Assembly: GCA_021161675.1 (NCBI GenBank)
Contig: JAGHAF010000030.1
Coordinates: forward strand, 9,376 to 73,375
Reading direction: 5' to 3'
Length of the DNA stretch: 64,000 nucleotides
Origin: Planctomycetota bacterium
Lineage (GTDB): Bacteria; Planctomycetota; Brocadiia; SM23-32
Made by a program: the position numbers and the translations under genes. Below are positions 61,701 through 64,000 of the stretch, piece by piece. Positions within the stretch are counted from its first letter, which is position 1, and each line of letters starts with the position of its first letter. The notes under the pieces were generated by a model. The model had not been told where the DNA came from and did no database searches. It worked only from the letters and a program-made list of their open reading frames with translations.

Positions 61701-62641
61701 CATCAGGAACGGAAACCGAAAAATCGAGTACGGGGGCCTCCTCTGACAAATCCGGCGCCCGGCAGCGAGACCAGGCCGGCGGCGCTCAGGGAAAGGGCAA
61801 AGCCAGGGGCCACGGAGGCGTATCAGGCGCGCAAGCCGGAGAGTCGGGATCGAGCGGCTCTTCCGGCAGGGCGAGCTCACAGGAACGTATGCAAATGTTT
61901 CAGGCCAAACAGGCGGCTCTGCGAGAAGCGGCCTCGCAGATGAAAGCCGACCTCGCGCGGTTGCCTTCCGACGTAGGCACGCGCGAGGACGATGGGCAGA
62001 AAGGCACACCAAAGGCGGATGCCGACAAGCACCTGGCCCGCGCAATCACGAGCATGGAGGAGTTTGACGAGAAGATGCACGAGGCGCAGTTCAAAAGCCT
62101 TGCGAGTGACAAATCCGCCGCCGAGGGTTTGCGGAAGGCTCTCCAGAAAGCGTCTGAGGAGCTTGCGCTTGCCAGCAGTGCTCTCCGCAAGAAGTTGAGC
62201 GACACCCGGGAAGAGCTGGCTTCATATTACCAGGACCGCGCAGAGAAACTCTTCCAGTTGGCGCAGACCCTTGAAAAGCGCCTCACGCCCGCCCAGGAGA
62301 AGCGGATAATGGCACAGCTCCTGGAGGCGAAGGAACTCCTTGATAACGCCGCAAAGTCGCAGCCGAGCGCGAACTCATCTGCAGCGCCGAGCGATCTCGC
62401 CGCGCGTGCGCAGGCCGGCCCCGGCCATCTCCTCAACGATCAAGAGCTCTGGCGAGTCAACCCCAAAGCAGAAGAAGCGCGCCTGCTGGCGCGCCAATTC
62501 CTGGCTCTCGCCATCCGGACGGCGAAAAAGCAGAGCAAGCTAATTGAACAGGAAGTGTCTGATGCGGACTTCCACGAGATGGAAAGTAAATTCTTCGAGA
62601 ACGCGGCCAGGTACGACAGCCGCGAGACGGATGGCGAATGA
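58754..62641 (+). CDS. large membrane-anchored hypothetical protein with a ~400-aa acidic Gly/Ser/Gln/Glu-rich disordered region of ~38-aa tandem repeats and a C-terminal coiled-coil region
   Basis: One uninterrupted 1295-codon frame. N-terminal TM helices. Repeats HGGASG(A/T)(D/E)AE(E/K)(T/S)GSG between about aa 900 and 1050. ATGA overlap with the next gene. Confidence 0.5.
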   Translation: MAPAAEEALRHLVMRVKEVRRWLVALSALKVAALLFLFVTVYVAVFAYADHHLHMGLTARLAALCLLIAGSCGALYALARSLISHVSCSRAANHIESKISFRQQLVTAIEYDENKADYLYSEALADCVVQRVFEASADIDFKTTVARRNAYLFSVMIALGMCGVLFFAHNHYVFFSTYLARLTRPLEQVEPIPTTELIALTGDIVTEPDVKIRLAAEIRGRIPKKGLLVIEDTRPAPPYGHPQVIETQPRADGEGPPRLEEELSLKRGDYRYRFEAGKAASYRHKIHVSSVPKIASMTARVTLPGDTAIQPYVEDVQDFTLSVIEGSEIELTVRATEKLSKALVTGLNGQVVEAQPEMNGSFIMPFKADREGELKLELVGEENVANRDIPPLRIEFRELSSPRIELVSPERDYMATNVASVPVTFQLYDDFGLQKAAIYFEFPNGERRQIGMPLERGVRSATDTYTLELEDYDLSVGDAIVFHAEASGIRIATPKPQNRASKSNIYFVEIIPYRSWWQASQDLDIGGELYVIETLKDILEYTRAILKKTWALTDKEELTAQDKSQLDSINEDVTYSAEHLRTVRDSPVFQFTPAEIAAINGVLADFDEASAQLAGYDPASALPPEDKAYRTLRKLVGEKWKEPPAHGPGFTPPSKPKPDTIEVVKNTYLRKYDSEAIAQMFDTLTRKLAAATYHEENLKKEFDRFLAEQREPPIHRGSPETPESGAGDQSGEGEGEGSGQRSSQQEQGQESEAGQAQAPGESDNTQAQGQEPGAGEGEGQGQASSAQARQAPSGAAPAEGGGAEPAQPPPDQPGVEGQGEGEGQSESAQPQAQEPAPGQRGAPGHGGASEGQAQQSAPDQGEGQKGSPQSETREPTSTQGGAAGPGVGSGAKTEESASPGGQGHGGASGADAEETGSGEGLGQGGPRRAGSRQFRSNGGEAHGGASGTEAEKSGSGGFSGKTAHREGAQSGGSQGKSEDEGGASGTETEKSSTGASSDKSGARQRDQAGGAQGKGKARGHGGVSGAQAGESGSSGSSGRASSQERMQMFQAKQAALREAASQMKADLARLPSDVGTREDDGQKGTPKADADKHLARAITSMEEFDEKMHEAQFKSLASDKSAAEGLRKALQKASEELALASSALRKKLSDTREELASYYQDRAEKLFQLAQTLEKRLTPAQEKRIMAQLLEAKELLDNAAKSQPSANSSAAPSDLAARAQAGPGHLLNDQELWRVNPKAEEARLLARQFLALAIRTAKKQSKLIEQEVSDADFHEMESKFFENAARYDSRETDGE
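61440..61900 (+). repeat. four degenerate tandem DNA repeats of ~110-118 nt inside the giant ORF
   Basis: Recurring ggccacggaggcgcatcaggaacggaagccgaaaaatc...ggttcgggcgg units starting near 61467, 61575, 61693 and 61810. Confidence 0.6.
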
Positions 62642-64000
62642 TCCTTGCTGACTACCCCGGTCATCTTATCGCAGCGGCGCTGCTGGCTGTCGTGGCGGCT
62701 CTTCTGGCGCTTACTTATCGCGCGGAGGGCGCCCGCTATGCTGGCCGATGGCGTTGGATACTCGGCGGCCTGCGCTACGTCGCTCTGGCGGCCTTGCTTG
62801 TCGTAATCTGGAACCCGTCCCGCATCTTGAAGACTGAGACCACCGCTCGCAATACCGTCCTGGTGGTCTTCGACACCAGCGAGAGCATGTCAATCGCGGA
62901 CTGCGATGGCAGAAGCCGTCTGGACGAGGCGATTCGCATATTCCGAGAATCCCTGAGGCCGGGCAGCCCTGAGAGACCGCGTTACAGGGTTTACGGATTT
63001 GACACCTCATACTACGAAAGCGGTGTGCTGGAGGCCCTTCACAGGTGGGGACCGCGAACGAACCTGCGCGCCGCGTGCGCCTTGCTCAGCAACCGCCCGC
63101 ACAGCGCCAGCGGCGGCAAGACCAGCGGGGTAGTCGTCTTCACTGATGGTCAGGCCGAACAGAAACTGGTGGACTCCTACCTGCGGCCGACCGACAAGGA
63201 AACAAGGTTCGCCCTTATAGGCGTCGGCTCGCCGGAGTTGCATGACAACCTGGCGATCACCTCCATAGAGGCGCCGCCCAGAGCAACGATTGACACCGCG
63301 TATGACGTGCAGGTGCAGGTCAGCGCCACGTGTTCAGAACCGATGAACGCCGCAATCACGCTCTTAAAGGATGAATCAGTTATAGGCGTTCGGCAGCTGC
63401 GCGTCGCGGGCGGCGGCAGTGACGTTACAGTCGCTTTTCGCGTCCTGGCCGACCGGCTGGGCGAGCAGTGCTTCGAGGCGCGGATTGAGCTTTCCGAGGG
63501 CGAGGTCAATCTGGCCGACAACGTGCGACGGACAACGGTCCAGGTGATCGAGCCGCCCTTTCTAAAAGCGCTGCTGTATTCGCAAGTCCTGAACTCTGAT
63601 ATTGGGAAGGTGCGGTCGGCCCTCGCAAGGGACAAGAGGGTCCGGCTTGATGTGGCCTTGGACGTCATAAAGGGCTCTGCCCTGTCCGACATGGCCGGCG
63701 CCGCGTCCGGTTACGCCAGCCTGCCGCGGGATGCCGCCGGTTTCCGCAAGTACGACGCTATCATCCTGGGGCCTTGCTCCATGGACTCGTTTTCCGCAAC
63801 TCAGATCGAGGGCCTGTACAGTTTCGTCGCCGAGAGGGGCGGCGGCCTTATTCTGCTGCCCGGGCGCGGCCAGTACAGCATGTCAAATTCAAGCAACAAA
63901 TTGATCAGGGCATTGATCCCGGCGGAGTTCCTGCTCGCCGCCCGGGGATACCCGGTCAGTGCGGAAAACTCTCTTCAATTGACGGCGGATGGCATCGCGC
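62638..64000 (+). CDS. BatA-like von Willebrand factor A domain membrane protein (partial; continues past window end)
   Basis: Open frame to the window end. N-terminal TM helices and vWA MIDAS start VLVVFDTSESM. Confidence 0.65.
   Translation, partial: MILADYPGHLIAAALLAVVAALLALTYRAEGARYAGRWRWILGGLRYVALAALLVVIWNPSRILKTETTARNTVLVVFDTSESMSIADCDGRSRLDEAIRIFRESLRPGSPERPRYRVYGFDTSYYESGVLEALHRWGPRTNLRAACALLSNRPHSASGGKTSGVVVFTDGQAEQKLVDSYLRPTDKETRFALIGVGSPELHDNLAITSIEAPPRATIDTAYDVQVQVSATCSEPMNAAITLLKDESVIGVRQLRVAGGGSDVTVAFRVLADRLGEQCFEARIELSEGEVNLADNVRRTTVQVIEPPFLKALLYSQVLNSDIGKVRSALARDKRVRLDVALDVIKGSALSDMAGAASGYASLPRDAAGFRKYDAIILGPCSMDSFSATQIEGLYSFVAERGGGLILLPGRGQYSMSNSSNKLIRALIPAEFLLAARGYPVSAENSLQLTADGIA

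Overview
This is a high-GC (about 65%) bacterial chromosome segment with densely packed, often overlapping operons and no detectable rRNA, tRNA, CRISPR array, transposase or integrase. Its main blocks, in order, are: (1) a canonical mrpA(C-terminus)BCDEFG Na+/H+ antiporter operon that ends in a translationally coupled NuoI-like 2x[4Fe-4S] protein; (2) a [NiFe]-hydrogenase block: HycI-type endopeptidase, hypA, hypB, hypF, hypC, hypD, hypE, then a signal-less hydrogenase small subunit, a large subunit, and a cysteine-rich MetV-like third gene; (3) a PAS-GGDEF-EAL response regulator and a GAF/sigma-54 activator (FhlA/HyfR-like); (4) a housekeeping nitrogen/nucleotide block: gdhA, purF, glnA, carA, guaA, hisH, hisF, carB; (5) an arsR / Ddl-like ATP-grasp / KamA-like radical SAM / Pth-fusion operon; (6) an 11-gene minus-strand sulfur and Fe-S array running iscR-like, cysK, cysE, nifS, nadA, mnmA, PP-loop ATPase, nifU, metY, metX, metW; (7) a minus-strand array of methyltransferases with cooC, cooT and a small ferredoxin but no CO dehydrogenase; (8) a radical SAM plus HhH protein and a MoxR / DUF58 / BatA-like cluster containing a 1295-aa protein with tandem acidic repeats. 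The most notable non-coding signal is a pair of elements upstream of hypC and hypE with conserved, base-pair-compatible termini and divergent GC-rich interiors; a sufB/sufD C-terminal gene remnant sits between hypE and the hydrogenase structural genes. All functional calls come from reading motifs in the supplied translations; no database search was run.
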